Positions 1 through 12,514 of a stretch of DNA of 64,000 bases are shown piece by piece (the first letter of the stretch is position 1; every line of letters starts with the position of its first letter). Where the stretch lies: the NCBI RefSeq assembly GCF_004010195.1, contig NC_057718.1, forward strand, positions 52,824,498 to 52,888,497, in the 5' to 3' direction. A program made the translations under genes and the position numbers. A model generated the notes under the pieces. That model saw only the letters and a list, made by a program, of their open reading frames with translations, ran no database searches and was not told the DNA's origin. This DNA is from Chiloscyllium plagiosum. Taxonomy: Eukaryota.

Positions 1-129
1 GTCAAGTCCCACCTGCTTCAGAGGTTTGTAACAGCATCTCTGAGAAAGTCGATTTGAAAGATAGGTTAAATTAAAAGTAAATAACTAATTCAATTTCCTC
101 TTTTTGTGCTCCTCCATGATTCCTCATAC

Positions 130-440
130 AGATTTCCGCATGTCGGGCAATCTCAAATGAGATGTCATTACTTCAGGAGAGCAAATTTAAAACAGAGATG
201 AGGAGAAATTATTTCTTTCAAAGAGTTGTGAATCTGTGGTATTCGCCATCTCAGCATGTGGATGGATGTTGGAATAGTAAGGAGGAGGTAAATAGTTTTT
301 TTAAATAGTAATTGGTTGAAGGACTATGGACAGCAGGCAGGAAAGTGGAGTTGATGTCAAGAATGAGATCAGTCAGGTTTCATATTAAATGGTGGAGCAG
401 GCTTCCTGGGCTGAAATGCCTGCTCCTGCTCTCAGATCTT
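130..440 (+). mobile_element. CR1 LINE 3' fragment (end of ORF2 and 3' UTR)
   Basis: Reads like the CR1 C-terminus (FKTEMRRNYFFQRVVNLW) followed by the tail 'aatggtggagcaggc...gggctgaaatgcctgctcctgctc', as in other copies here. Confidence 0.75.
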
Positions 441-726
441 ATCTACAATGCCTGCTTGTTCAAGGACAAGTGTTTCTCTGGCACCCTTCACGTTACAGAT
501 TCATTTGTAGCACACATTTAATCTTGAAAATTGTCCCATTTAGACCTTGTAATCCCTTCCCTGTAGGTTGTAAATGCCAATTCTTTAGCCATGTTAAATA
601 ATCTGACAAAATTGACACACCACCTTGCATCAAGCCTTAAAATTAATCAGATATCCATTGGCATAAACAGTTCTGTCAAACTGAGTCAACTTGATCACCA
701 ATTTCCCCAAGGAATGAATTGCATAT

Positions 727-1556
727 TGTTATGATCTCACCTGATGTTACCACTGATCAAATCTGATTTCAAAATGAAAACCAGCCTAATACTATTGAAA
801 AAAAAAACACCTGGTGGTTTTTCATTGAAACATCAGCACACTGGGCTGCAGATTTGTTTTAACAATAAAACAAAATATTATCATATAAAAGAAACAATAA
901 AACAAAACAAATCAAACTATCTACATGTCGTAGTGTTTGAAAGATTTCAAAATATATGACAAAATAAAACCACATCCACAATATTTCAATAAATCATTAA
1001 TCCAAAGAAATTCCTTCTCTGCCAAACTGTTAGCTTTAAAATATGTTTTTGTAAACCCTGAGGCCTGTTTCCATGATTGCTCACACATCTGAGAGCTTAA
1101 GGCACTATGCATGACTTGTTTTTTAGACTTTTAATATTCTTTAGTGCTCTAACCAAACACTAGCCAAACTATTCTTTCACGAACGTAGCCTATTTGTTGG
1201 ACTGTTCTGAACAATCATATTTTCCTCAGAGAATCTATATTTGCATTTGACTTTAGCCAGGTCTCCTTCAAACTACCCAAAAGGTTTCTAGTCTCTTGGT
1301 TTAACCAAAAATTAATCTTTGCTATTTTGAATCCTAAAGCATGCAAATGTTTTCTCTCTCCTGTATTAAACCCCCATAATATACACATACTTCCATTAAT
1401 ATCCAGGAGGCACATACTGGTTTAAATTATTGTTTAAGAAAGTCTGATCAAATTCATTTTTAAACCTCTTTACTGAATAGACCAATACTCATATGTCATT
1501 ACGTTAAAATCCAAAGTTAAGGAATGGTGTTTATGTACATCATATACCTGTCATCA
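727..1556. mobile_element. Probable solo LTR (Gypsy-type), degenerate
   Basis: Starts TGTTATG; its first ~60 bp resemble the segment starting at 33237. Right end uncertain, no clean TSD. Confidence 0.4.
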
Positions 1557-1689
1557 TATGCAATGTTCGTGGCTCTACCACATTCACATCTATGTAGGAT
1601 TACTTCACTCTGGTTTTTGATTGCTGCTTAGCATGCAAGCAGTCTCTGACACAAAAATTTCGCCAGGTTGACAGCTCAATTTTTGGAAT

Positions 1690-2400
1690 GCTTGTTCATG
1701 TTCCAGGTATGTTCACCTGCAATCTTCATTGATCCACAATTGATTCCCTGGCCTGTTGTTAATGGTACAGTGGAGGATATGCTGTGTTATGAATTTACAG
1801 ATAGTGAATGAATACAATTCAGCTGCTAGTGGCCCGCAGTGCCTCATAGATAGCCAGGTCTTAGTTTTTTGATCTGTTTGGAAACTACCTCATTCAACAA
1901 AGAAATAGCGCCACATAATAAAATGAAGGGTCTCCTCAATAGAAAGTTGGTGACTTTCCATAAGAATTATGCTCTTGTTAATCCTGACATAGACTGTTTG
2001 CCACAAGTAGTTTGGTGACAACACGACCAGGAATGTCTTAGCTCTTGGTGGTTCCTTCATTACCTGATGCAGGCCCAGTCTAGCATCCAATTATTTAGGA
2101 CTTTAACAATTCAATCAGGAATAGGGCTCCTGTGCCACACTTTGAGATGGACATTGAGATAATCCAGCCAGAATACATTCTGTGTCCTTTCTACCCTGAG
2201 TGCATCCACTTTTAAACATCGAAGAGACTAAATCATCAAGTGACCAAGGAGGAGGGGGTTGCTGTAGTTGGGAGCAGCAAGAGGTTTCCTTGCTCATGTT
2301 GTACATGATGCCACATTGATGATCCCCAGGGCATCTCCCACCTGACTGCATACCTCCTAATCTTACCACACTACTGTGTCTGTCCTGTCAGTGGGACAAG
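1690..2400 (-). mobile_element. CR1/L2-group LINE fragment (APE endonuclease region)
   Basis: Collinear similarity to the minus-strand LINE near 21700-22310; the reverse strand near 2400 gives an LSHxQDR-type endonuclease motif. Confidence 0.6.
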
Positions 2401-3164
2401 TGTGATAAGGTTCTTAATACACAGAAAACTTTGTTTTAACTGACATGTTATGAATCATCTCTCTTTATAAACTGGCAAAAATTATATACCTCAAATACCG
2501 CGATGTTACTGTATTATCATGATCTCCACAATGTTTGAGTAGTCATTTGAGGGCATGATTAAGAAGGCTCTCTGCCAATAAAATTTTTTTAAGGTGAAGT
2601 TGCATTATTATTTTAGTAATTTATGCTGTAAATAATACTTAACAATAAAGTGTATACCCCCTGCATTATGTATCTATTAGTTAGCGTGTGTTTTAATCAG
2701 CTGGAATATTTGATCAACCAGCACACTCTTACGTAGGTTCCAATTAATAAAAGATTTGCTGTATTATAATTTGGGACTTTGGATGTGAGAGTCAAGAAAT
2801 ATAGATGTTAGTTGTTAGTTCTGTTCAGTAGTTTATTTATCAAAGGTCAGAAGTCATTTTTGAAGAGTGAATTTACATATAATTTCCAAGAAATTATATG
2901 ACATAAGTTAAGTGACTTGACAAGATACTTTGAGAATTAATTTCTGTGACACATTTATGACTAGCATCATAAAGTGATAAGAGATGCATAGCACAGAAAC
3001 AGACACTTTGGTCCAACTCATCCGTACTGATCAGATATCTGAAATTAAAAAACAATGGGATAATGAGCAGATGATTTATTTTTGTGATTTTGTTTGAATG
3101 ATTAGGCAGACAACAGGAATAATTCCCTCAATCCTTGCCTAAATTGTAACATAAGTTATTATTT

Positions 3165-3490
3165 TTCTAATTCATTTAGAAGAGTTGGTGTTGGTTGCTT
3201 GGTCAGCATCTATTGCCCTAATTGTCCTTTAAAGATGGTGGTATGTGCTCATCTTCACCAGCTGCAATTCTTGGATTGCACAAACACTCACAGTACTGTT
3301 CAGAAGGGAGTTCCAAGATCTGGACCCAGTGACAATGAGGGGAAACAATGATAAATTTCAAAGTCAGATGGTTTTCTGGCTCAGAGGAGATTTGCTGGAG
3401 ATGGTATTCTTATGCCAATCTATGCTGCTGTTGTTCTAGTTTGCAGAGGTTCTGGATTTGAAAGGTGCTGTTGAAGGAGACTTGTTAAGT
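3165..3490 (-). mobile_element. CR1/L2-group LINE 3' end
   Basis: Matches the starts of the copies at 9640 and 18905 (gggagttccaagat..gacccagtgaca...aagtcagatgg...ttgaaaggtgctg). Confidence 0.7.
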
Positions 3491-3491
3491 A

Positions 3492-3836
3492 GGAGGAGGT
3501 GGTTACTAACTGATAATGGCACCAGACTAATAATCCACAGGACTAGGTAAACCCTCTGGGGACATGTTTCAAATCCAACTATTTCAGATGGGGAAATTTG
3601 AATTCAATCAAAATAAGTTGAATAATTTTTAAAATGGCCTGATGACCTCAACTATGTAGCCACTACTGACTGACGCGCACAAAAAAAAATTAATTCATTG
3701 CCATTTTTTAGGAAGGAAAGCTATTGTTCTTATCTGGCCTAATTTACACATGACTACTGATCCATAGCAACATGATTGACTCTTAACTGGCCAATTAGGA
3801 ATGGCAATAAATCTGGCCTAGCCAGTCCTCAAATGA
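3492..3836 (+). mobile_element. tRNA-derived SINE with MetaSINE-like central domain
   Basis: B-box-like 'tttcaaatcc', core 'tttaggaaggaaa...tctggcct..acatgact...gactcttaact', tail 'ggcaataaat..ggcctagccag'. Sister copies at 21326 and 32801. Confidence 0.65.
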
Positions 3837-3849
3837 ACCTGTAACCTTA

Positions 3850-4390
3850 TCAGAGATGGAAGTATTTCAAATGAAAGTGTCATGATTGTGGACATCCACC
3901 TGAGTGTGGTCACACATTAACACTGCATTCAGCAAGTGTTAACCTTTGTGCCTGTGGTAAATGTGCTCATTACTGTACTTGGATACACCCCAAAATGTTG
4001 CATGTGTGCAACAAATATTTTGCACTGTGGAGACACTCAGTATCCTGGCAAAGCCACGTGCATGCTCTGTCTACTTCTCTCTTCACAGAGAAGATAATGA
4101 TCTCCCTTTCCTGATATAAAGACCATCTCTCTCTTCTCTGTTGCATGATGATTTTGAAGATGCTGCAGGTATCTCTTGCTCCACCCTAGGAGGATTCCAA
4201 CATCATGGAATTCTGGGTTACTGCCACCTTTATAGCCAGTGGCAGCACTAAGCTTCTGCTGTGACCTATGAATGGGGGAAAATGCTTTCTCCAAGATCCT
4301 TGCTTTTGTAGTTTCTCATGATTTCCCCAACATTATCCAACTCGGCAAATTTGCAAGCACTTCTATTAACCCAAACAGAACCAGTGAAAA
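3850..4390 (-). pseudogene. PIF/Harbinger (HARBI1-like DDE_Tnp_4) transposase remnant
   Basis: Minus-strand translation EHARGFARILSVSTVQNICCTHA...NEHIYHRHKG*HLLNAVLMCDHTQ...HDTFI matches the HARBI1-type motifs GFP.V.GAIDCTH / NRKG.HS.N.QLVCD / GS.HD; has stops and frameshifts. Confidence 0.7.
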
Positions 4391-4494
4391 TCAATTACCA
4401 ACAAATCTGAAAAAGTTGATGATACTTTTAAAGAGGACTACAGGGACTGGCTGTCAATCCTGTATTTGAACTCTATTCAGTTGTTTGTGTTTCA

Positions 4495-4655
4495 GGTCTG
4501 GCATTAGTGAGAATGGCAATGTTGATATCAATTCAATGTTTCATGTCGATTAATGTCACAATCTCTGTCTGTAGCTCCAACCCACACTGATATGACATTA
4601 ATCAACATGGAAGACTGAATTGATATCAGCATTACCATTCTCATTAATGACAACC
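4495..4655. repeat. Long imperfect inverted repeat (hairpin; ~65 bp arms, ~25 nt loop)
   Basis: Left arm cattagtgagaatggcaatgttgatatcaattcaatgtttcatgtcgattaatgtca is the near reverse complement of right arm tgacattaatcaacatggaagactgaattgatatcagcattaccattctcattaatg. Confidence 0.9.
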
Positions 4656-5380
4656 TTTGGCACAGGCTGTACTGTATACTGTGGATGCTACTTTGGTGTC
4701 AAAATGCACAGAAACTACATATATTTATGGTGAATTATAATTCTAGTCTGTTTTTTGGAGCAATCTCAGATTTGTTATACCACTGTAATGTCTCCTTACA
4801 GCATTAAGAGAAGGAAAGTACATCCTAAAAATCTTTAAATGGATCTGAAATACTGATTGATCTCTTTCCAAAGAAAAGGAGCCCACTGAGAGTATTTCTA
4901 AAATATATAAAGATGTATTAAACATCCAAATATGCAATTCCTTGAAGGTGAAGTTCTACGAAAGGGGAAAGAATACGATCATATTTCTAGCAGAGAATTT
5001 AGTTTTTGAATTATTTTTACGTTAACCCCCAAGTGAAGTTAAAGATCACTCTGTCCCAGTCAAGAAGAGAATTCTCATGGTCTTAACTTCCATAGCTGTC
5101 TCTTTACATTCAGAGATCTTCAAGTGAGTTAAGTGAATCTAAAATCATCCAAAGTGCACTTTGATTGCCAGTGTTTTTTGAATCTGAAATGTTATTATGA
5201 TTTTATACGTAATATTAGTACCTTAATTGGAATGAAGAACATCTTTGGTTCCAATGAAGTTGATGTAACTGTTATTTTAATGTAACAGTTTGAGCCTTAT
5301 TGGTTCATGGAAGTAAGCCGACTCCAGCAGGTCATTCTTTTCTTCATTAGTTATATGTCTGCATGTTAAGACTGCATTTA

Positions 5381-5665
5381 GGTGGCACAGTGGCTCAGTG
5401 GTTAGCACTGCTGCCTCACAGTGCCAGTGACCTGAGTTTAATGCCAGCCTTGGGTGACTGTGTGGAGTTTGTACATTATCCCTGTTTCTTCCCACAATCC
5501 AAAGATATGCAGGTCAGGTGAATTGACCATGCTAAATTGCCCATAGCATTCAGAGATGTGTGGGTTAAGTGCATTAGCCAGAGGTGAATATAGGGTCTGA
5601 GTGGGTTACTCTTTGGAGGGTTGGTGAGGGCCTGTTTCCACACTGTAGGAGTTCTAAAAAAAATC
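5381..5665 (+). mobile_element. HE1-type V-SINE (tRNA-derived)
   Basis: A box TGGCTCAGTGG, V-domain (gtgtggagtttg...cccacaatccaaagatatgcagg), CR1-derived tail 'gggcctgtttccacactgtag'. Confidence 0.9.
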
Positions 5666-7087
5666 ATATTTTGGCGTTGAGATGTAAAAATCCCAGTTGA
5701 CTGTAATTCAGAACCATCAGTATGTACTTGTCTTTTAAATGGTGCCTCTCTTGATAGTTTACAAACAAAATTTGTTACTCAGCAACTTTAGGTATGCATC
5801 ACTCTTATCAGGGATTTTCTTAATTCTGTAAAGAAGAGAGAGTGCATACCTATTATAGGCTATGGTCAGGCAAAGGGGATTTTATTTTATGTTTTTATAG
5901 AAATGAACCTTCATTTTTTTCCTTTAGTTTCATTTTATAGGAAAATAACCTTTCTTAACCCTTATAACTCTTTTTTATGGCCTTGTTTACACACCTTTGA
6001 ACTTAATTTTGGTACCAGTACTTTCAACTGAAAACTATGTTGTTACAAATTCTTCAAGAGGTACATCAACTTGACATTGCACCAGAGTTATACCCATGCT
6101 TTCGTCAAGATTAATAGAACAGAAGCCTGAATTACTTAGAAATGTATTGAACATGTAATTGCAACTGGGTTTTATAAAGCAGCATGCAGTCAAAATATGA
6201 TCACAGCTTTAAATTCAGTGGCTGTCCCAGTGTGAATAAAGTTTCTTTAGCATTAAAAAAGCTGGTTAATTCAGCTACTTTTAAAATGTAGGTACATTTG
6301 GATTAGGAAGGGATCTTTCTTAATTAACATTAAATGACTAACTGAGAGAAGGGCTGGATTAAGAAGGGGAGTCAGTTCATCTCTGCTCCTTTGGGAAATT
6401 AACCATTTGGATTTCCCTGGCTCAAAAATTGGAACAAATTGCAGATCTTTGGACAGAACGGATTGTCTTATTTTTTACAGTTCCGTTTTGCTTTCCTGTC
6501 AAGTTAAATTGCATTCTGATTCCTGATGTATTCCTTCATGAACCATGCTAAGTTAAAATTGCTTTGTGGCTGCAGTAGCTTTCAGTATGTAAATACATCC
6601 CATATCTGATCTTTCTCATCCTCAGGAAGAAGTCATCCAGAAACATCCCTGTCCTTTCAAGCTGTAAGCTCAGTTTTTCATTCACAGAATTTCACCAACT
6701 GACTTACCATTCTTACTGGATATTTCCACATTAGGGTTGTTTCCTTCCTGCCACATTGGAGAACTGAAAGGATTTTTGTTTTCATCTAAGCTTTGAGGAT
6801 GAATCATTTTTGACAAAGTTTAATTGATAATGTGTTGGATGGAGTGATTTTTGTTCTGAGGCTGATTGTGCTTCCTCACTGTATCTTACCAAACTTGCCA
6901 CATTAATTGCCGTGATGTGAATCACATCTGACCATGCATCACTTCTGGAGTGACTTGACACTCTCCGGAGATCTTCCTGAGACCAGCATCTCTTGGGACC
7001 ATGCCATCTTCCAAAGCCTGTTACAAACCTGCAGCAGTGATGCCACCTGGAAGCTGTGCTGCTTGGTTATAGAAAGAGTGAGGATAG

Positions 7088-7660
7088 ATGGTGGATAAGT
7101 GGAGGCTGGCACGCTGTTTCATTGAGAGGGAGCTGGAGGCCCTCAGGGACATGATGGTCAAGAGGAGAGGAGAGCTTTTTCCAGAGGAACAGTATGGGAG
7201 GCCATATCATCATGACATGCCAACTTATCTGAGATTGCCACTGGGCCAGTGCCATCCCCAGACTGAAGAGTTCTGGGCAGTAGTGCATGAAAAAGATCAA
7301 TGATCGTCTCTGCTCTATCAGAGTAAGTGCAATATTCCACTCTTTGCTGCCTCATACTTATATGTGTCATTGCATTAACTCCCACCAAAGCTTATGCTTT
7401 GACATTCTGTTACATGCAGCACCCTCCCTCACTCACTTCCATTCCCCCACCCTCCTCAATCGTCCCGCAGTAGCCTCCTCAATTCCTTCAAACAGATCAA
7501 CACCTTCTCACAACAGAAACTAACACCAACAGCTATCCCACTCACTTACCTCTGACTCATTCAGCCCCCTTTGGTCCTGAGAGGTGAAAACACCCCATAG
7601 CAAGGCTGCAATAATAGAGGACAGATGGTGGAGTGTTGGATATCCATGTCCTCTCTACCT
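7088..7660 (+). pseudogene. Harbinger Myb/SANT-like DNA-binding gene remnant (intron-split)
   Basis: ARCFIERELEALRDMMVKRRGELFP...KKINDRLCSIR is followed by a GTAAGT donor (~7323); a probable second exon at ~7580-7660 has a TGGG-like motif. This is the Myb_DNA-bind_5/MSANTD-type layout; frameshifted. Confidence 0.6.
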
Positions 7661-8149
7661 TCTCCGAGCAAGATAACCACCCCCAACCATCATTGTTTAT
7701 TGTTCAGTTGGCTGTGCGTGGGAATGCACAACTGAGAGAGCTCTCTGGCAGTGATGATGAAAGGGAAGTGAAACTGAGATGTTCAATGATGTAGGATGGC
7801 TAGGGTGTAAGGAGTCTGCATGCTCGTATTGTGAAGATAGACCCAGTAAAAACTCACTCCAGTTTCTTCCTGTTGGCTATTTATCTGGTGAGCTTGGAAG
7901 GTTATAAGCCATTGCAAGTTGGGCCGTTAACAAGGCCTTTAACAAACAACTAGGAAGTTGCCACTGCTCCTAGTGAGAATCTCACCACACTGTTTGAGAA
8001 AATGAACAAAAAGTGGTGAGATGATCTTCACGTCAATATAGGCCTCATTGAATAAGTTGCTGAATTCTAACATTCATCACACCATAACTCCTGCTGCTCA
8101 GAGCCTGGTAATATTCCACCATTGAACTTTAAATATTGCCAATTAAGAA

Positions 8150-8400
8150 TAATCGTAAAACCTTGCATTTAAGGAATATGTGGTGCAAATATCTACTGGT
8201 CGTTTTTCAGAAACAGAAAAAATAAGTTATTGCATTTTAGGTGCATACCCTTCATCAGGATAGTTCTGATAAATGCTACACTCCAAACATATCAATAATA
8301 CCTATTTTGTTTTTCTAAATGGTTAATGGCCTGTTCTATATTTCCAATGTATTCTGATTATATTATAGATTTCCAGTATTCGCGGTTTTCCATTTTTACC
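8150..8400. mobile_element. Old Penelope-derived inverted-repeat unit (degenerate hammerhead motifs)
   Basis: Central 'cccttcatcagga tagt tctgataaa' mirrors the inverted centre of the unit at 22026; the tail 'agatttccagtattcgcggtttt' resembles the family end. Confidence 0.45.
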
Positions 8401-8961
8401 TAAGATTAAGTCCAGTTCTCTTTCCTTTGAAAATAAACACCCAAATTCAGAATGTTAGATATCATCAAACACATATTGAAGGTATATTTGATTTTGTATT
8501 GGGAAGGCAAAAAATAAACACTATACATTGTTTTTCATAATGTAGGCACTTCTATATTCTTACCTACTGCCTTGAATATTCTAATTTTAGAACTATTGAA
8601 TGTGTTATCACTCTGGCTTCTGCCCTAATGCAGTTTTCTACGACACCGACCATATTCATTCAATACTTTTATCATTCATGTTCTTGTTTGCTATCAAAAA
8701 TGCCATTAAGCTAATCAATGTTTGTTCCAAATGATTTTTCTGCCTATCCTCAAAGGCCCAACTGCCAAATGTAGTGCTGTTTCTGGTGTTCCTTGATGGT
8801 GTATTTCATGTCATATTTATACCAAGACAATCCAGATTTAGATTCATAAAGGACATCTTCTGGATAGTTATCGGCAGATCACTTCAGAGACGGCTGAGTG
8901 ATGTTTTCTTCACCACTCTCAGCTTTTATTCTCAGCTAATGTTTCTCCAGGGAGCAATCCA

Positions 8962-9270
8962 GGGTGGCACGGTGGCTCAGTGGTTAGCACTGCTGCCTCA
9001 CAGCACCAGGGTCCCAGGTTTGATTCTGGTCTTGGGTGACTGTCTGTGTGGAGTTTGCACCTTCTCCCTGTGTCTACGTGGGTTTCCTCTGGTTTCCTCC
9101 CACAGTCCAAAGAGGTGCAGGTCAGGTGAATTGGCCATGCTAAATTGCCCATTGTGTTAGGTGCTTTAGTCAGAGGGAAATGGGTCTGGATGGGTTACTC
9201 TTTGGAGGGTTGGCGTGGACTTGTTCGGCCAAAGGGTTTGTTTCCACACTGTAGGGAATTTAATCAATCT
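8962..9270 (+). mobile_element. HE1-type V-SINE, near full length
   Basis: ggcacggtggctcagtggttagcactgctgcctcacag head, B box ggtttgattc, V domain and CR1 tail. Confidence 0.92.
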
Positions 9271-9639
9271 GATGGACCTATTCCTAATTTACTTTTTTTC
9301 CATACCTCTATGAAGTGTTCTGTTGAAGTAGAAGAGGTGCACATTATCAGATTAGCATTAGATGACTGGGGTGACATGATTCCAAATAGCATACATGTTT
9401 TTAAGGTTTTTTTTTATTCCAGTAAAAGGCCAATATTATAGAGATTCTGGATGGGCAGCAACAAGGTAATGGTGATTGTGTTGTGGTATGTTAAGGTGAT
9501 GATTTCAATTAGCACAATATGCTTCATCCATTTTGTAGATATGGGGCAAAGGAATTTTGCAGCTAAGAATATTTCATCTGACATTGGATCAAATTTTGTT
9601 TTTGGTTAAGTGTAAGGAAATAATGAAAGGTTAGTACTG

Positions 9640-11110
9640 TTCTTTCATGAGTTGTGGGCATTGCTGCTAGGTTAATGTTTATGGCACAACTTTAAATGAC
9701 TTAAGAAGTTGGCTTCAATAGCTGCAGTCCATATTGTCTAAAGACCAACCACATTGTGATTAGGAAGGGAGTTCTCAGGTTTTCACCAAGCAACAGTGAG
9801 GGAACAGTCATACAGTTCCAAATAAAGATGATATGTGGCTTAGAGGGGAACTTGTCAATGGTGGCATCATCTGCCATTGTCCTTCTAGATCCTACAGATC
9901 ATGACTTTACAAGATGCTGCCAGAATTTTGATGAATTGCTGCAATATATCACGTATATGGCACACATACATATATGCATACAAGTACTTCAACAATGGAG
10001 GGAGTGAATATTTCAGGGGATGGAAGGGGAGCCAGTCAAGCGGACTGATTAGTCCTTGCAAAATGTTGTATTTTTTGGAACATTGTTGGAACAGCAGTCA
10101 TTCAGACAAGTTGAGTCCACCACACTTTGAAATTGTACCTCGGATAGGAGGACAGGCTCTGGGGAGTCTGGAGCTGAGTTACACACTGCAGAAATCCCGG
10201 GCTCTGACTTGTTCTTGCAGCTACTTTATTTCCATCACTGGTCAATTCAGATGCTGTTCAATGGTAAGCCCAGTGGGATGTTGGGAGATGTAGTTATTGA
10301 AATGGTGTAATTTCTAGGGGAATAGTTAGCTTCTCTCCTGGTGGAGATGGATATTGTGTGATGCACATTTCATTTATTACCAGTCAGCCAATGCATGAAT
10401 GTTGCTCAGGGTTTGCCACAAAAATGGGCACAGACTGGTTCAGTACTAGTGGAATCAAGACTGATACTTCATATTGTGCAATCATCAGTGAACATTCTCA
10501 GTTCTGGTCTTTTAGTGGATGGAAGTTACTGATGAAGTAGTTGAAGGTGGTGAGTCCTAGGATACAACCTTAAAGAATATCTGCAGAGATTTCCTGGGAC
10601 TAAGATAATTGACCTTCTGGAATCACAGCATAGACTTTGCAGTAAGATTATACTCAACAAGGAGAAAGTGAGGACTGCAAATTCTGGCAATCATTTGACT
10701 CTGATCTCTAGCATCTGCAATTGTCACTTTCTCGTCATAGATTATAACCATACTGCGAAGCCTCTTCCAAGGATCCCCTCATTCCTGATGCAGGGCTTAT
10801 GCCCGAAACATCAATCCTTCTGCTCCTCGGATGCTGCCTGATTGGATGTGCTTTTCCAGCACCACACTCTTCGACTCTGATCTCCAACATCTGCAGTCCT
10901 CACTTTCTCCTCCTGGAATCACAGTCATCTTCCCTTGTGCCAGGTATCACTGCAACCAATGGAGAGCAACACTCCCCGCACCCAGCCCCTGTTGCCCATC
11001 CCACCAACCAATTCCCTTTGACTTAAGTTTTTCTCAGGTATATGGAGCATACTTTGTCAAACACTACCTTGATGTCAAGGGCAATCACTCTGATCTCATC
11101 TCTTGAGTTC
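9640..11110 (-). mobile_element. CR1/L2-group LINE 3' portion (RT C-terminal half), interrupted at ~10630-10912
   Basis: Collinear with 18905-20000 and 42450-43045; the 3' tail is shared with the MetaSINE-like SINE. Confidence 0.7.
10630..10912 (+). mobile_element. Penelope-derived short element with hammerhead-like core
   Basis: ctgatgc-a-gggc-ttat-gccc-gaaac-atc at 10785-10812; inverted copy of the terminus at 10661; flanking direct repeat ctggaatcacag (10617 and 10913). Confidence 0.75.
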
Positions 11111-11408
11111 TTTATTTTCTTAACATAATTAATCATTATGCCAGTGGCTTTTAATTGAAGCTGATAAACAAAATCAGATTGGGGCAAGAGAACAAAGAGC
11201 TAATAGAATGTTAGCTGCATAACTGGATGACTAGCACTTGGAGGGAAGGAAGATTTGTTATAGTAATACAAAACCCTAGTTAGACCGCATCCAGAGGGCT
11301 TTTTACAGTTCTGGACACTGCAAGAATCATAAGAATACAGCTTACATTCACTGGAATTGTACTCATGCTCCTGGGCTTAATTTGTTTTAAAAATTCTCTT
11401 CTGAGATG

Positions 11409-11848
11409 AACAAACACTACATCAGACAAACTAGCAGGAAACTTACCACCAGGATACATGAACATCAATTGGCCACCAAAAGACATGGCCCACTATCACT
11501 AGTTTCCACATATACAGACAAAGAAGGACACCACTTTGACTGAGACAACACACACATCCTAGGACAGGCAAAACAAAGACATATATGAGAATTCTTAGAG
11601 GCATGGTGGTCTAACCAGAACTCCATCCATAAACACATTGATTTAGATCCTATCTACATTCCCTTGAAAAAAAGAACCTGAAATGACATCACCCACCTTA
11701 AGAAACCAAGACCGATAAATAGAGAGGTGGGACATACCACCAATGAGACTGTCTTCACCAAAGACTCTCACTGAGGATGCCACCTAGTATGGTGAAGAAA
11801 TGTCTAAATACAAACCTTCAAGCTCAGTGAGCTAACTTACATACTTAT
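11409..11848 (+). mobile_element. Penelope-like element 3' end (GIY-YIG endonuclease and pLTR)
   Basis: Translates KHYIRQTSRKLTTRIHEHQLATKRH...GHHFD*DNTHILGQAKQRHI*EFLEAW (YIG half of GIY-YIG); hammerhead-like ctgagga-t-gccacc-tagtat-ggtgaa-gaaatgtc at 11771. Confidence 0.85.
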
Positions 11849-11855
11849 TGCTAGC

Positions 11856-12390
11856 TAGATTTAGCTTGAGATTTCGATTTTATTATCACATGTACTTAAC
11901 TATAGGAATACAGGAGCATGGTGAAAAGTGTACAAAGTCAACTTTCTCTCGTGCCATCTTGGTTACAAAAACCAGAATTTAAAAAAAACACAGAAATAAA
12001 AAAAAGAGCCCAAAGGCAAGAAAAGCATCCAGATCGAAACAAAAAATGTCCAGATGTTGAAGTCTAAATAAAGGTATTTAGAAAGCTCAGCCACTGATGC
12101 AGGTAGCTGGGCCTAGCCACGGCCTGGAGCCTTTTGCTGTCAGAACTTCCTCCGGTCTTTGGGAGGACCTTTGCTGCCACTGCCCCCGAAGGCTGGGGAG
12201 GAATCAGGACCGCTAGGAAGCTACTGATATTGCGCAAACAGCACAGGTCCACTCTTGTTGTCGTGCCGATGCTGATGACCCCACCACAAAAGGCTTTAAA
12301 GAAAAGAAAGTGAAAATTAAAGAAAAAGTGAAATAAAAGGAAAGCAGATGGGGCTTTGAACCCCAGACTTAGAAGCCTGAATGCAGCCAT
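11856..12390 (-). mobile_element. Non-coding retroposon with Rex1/Babar-like termini
   Basis: Minus-strand tail 'ttttcac...acatgtgataataaaa' plus short repeats; head 'aatggctgc'; internal caagatggc; same layout as 27634-28350. Confidence 0.5.
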
Positions 12391-12514
12391 TCATTGCTCA
12401 TCCCCATTTGCTGAATGCCGTTGAGCAGGCGGCAGTCTGTGTGCTGTCGGTAGACCCACAATGTCATGAAGGAGGAAGATTTCATAAACAGTGGTTATAT
12501 TCTGTTTTAATATA

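Noticed and set aside
8962..9035. Possible tRNA gene
   Set aside because: tRNA-derived SINE head continuing into V domain and LINE tail; not a standalone tRNA.
8774..9441. ORFs containing GGTVAQWLALLPHS
   Set aside because: Translations of the HE1 SINE; the same peptides recur at each copy.
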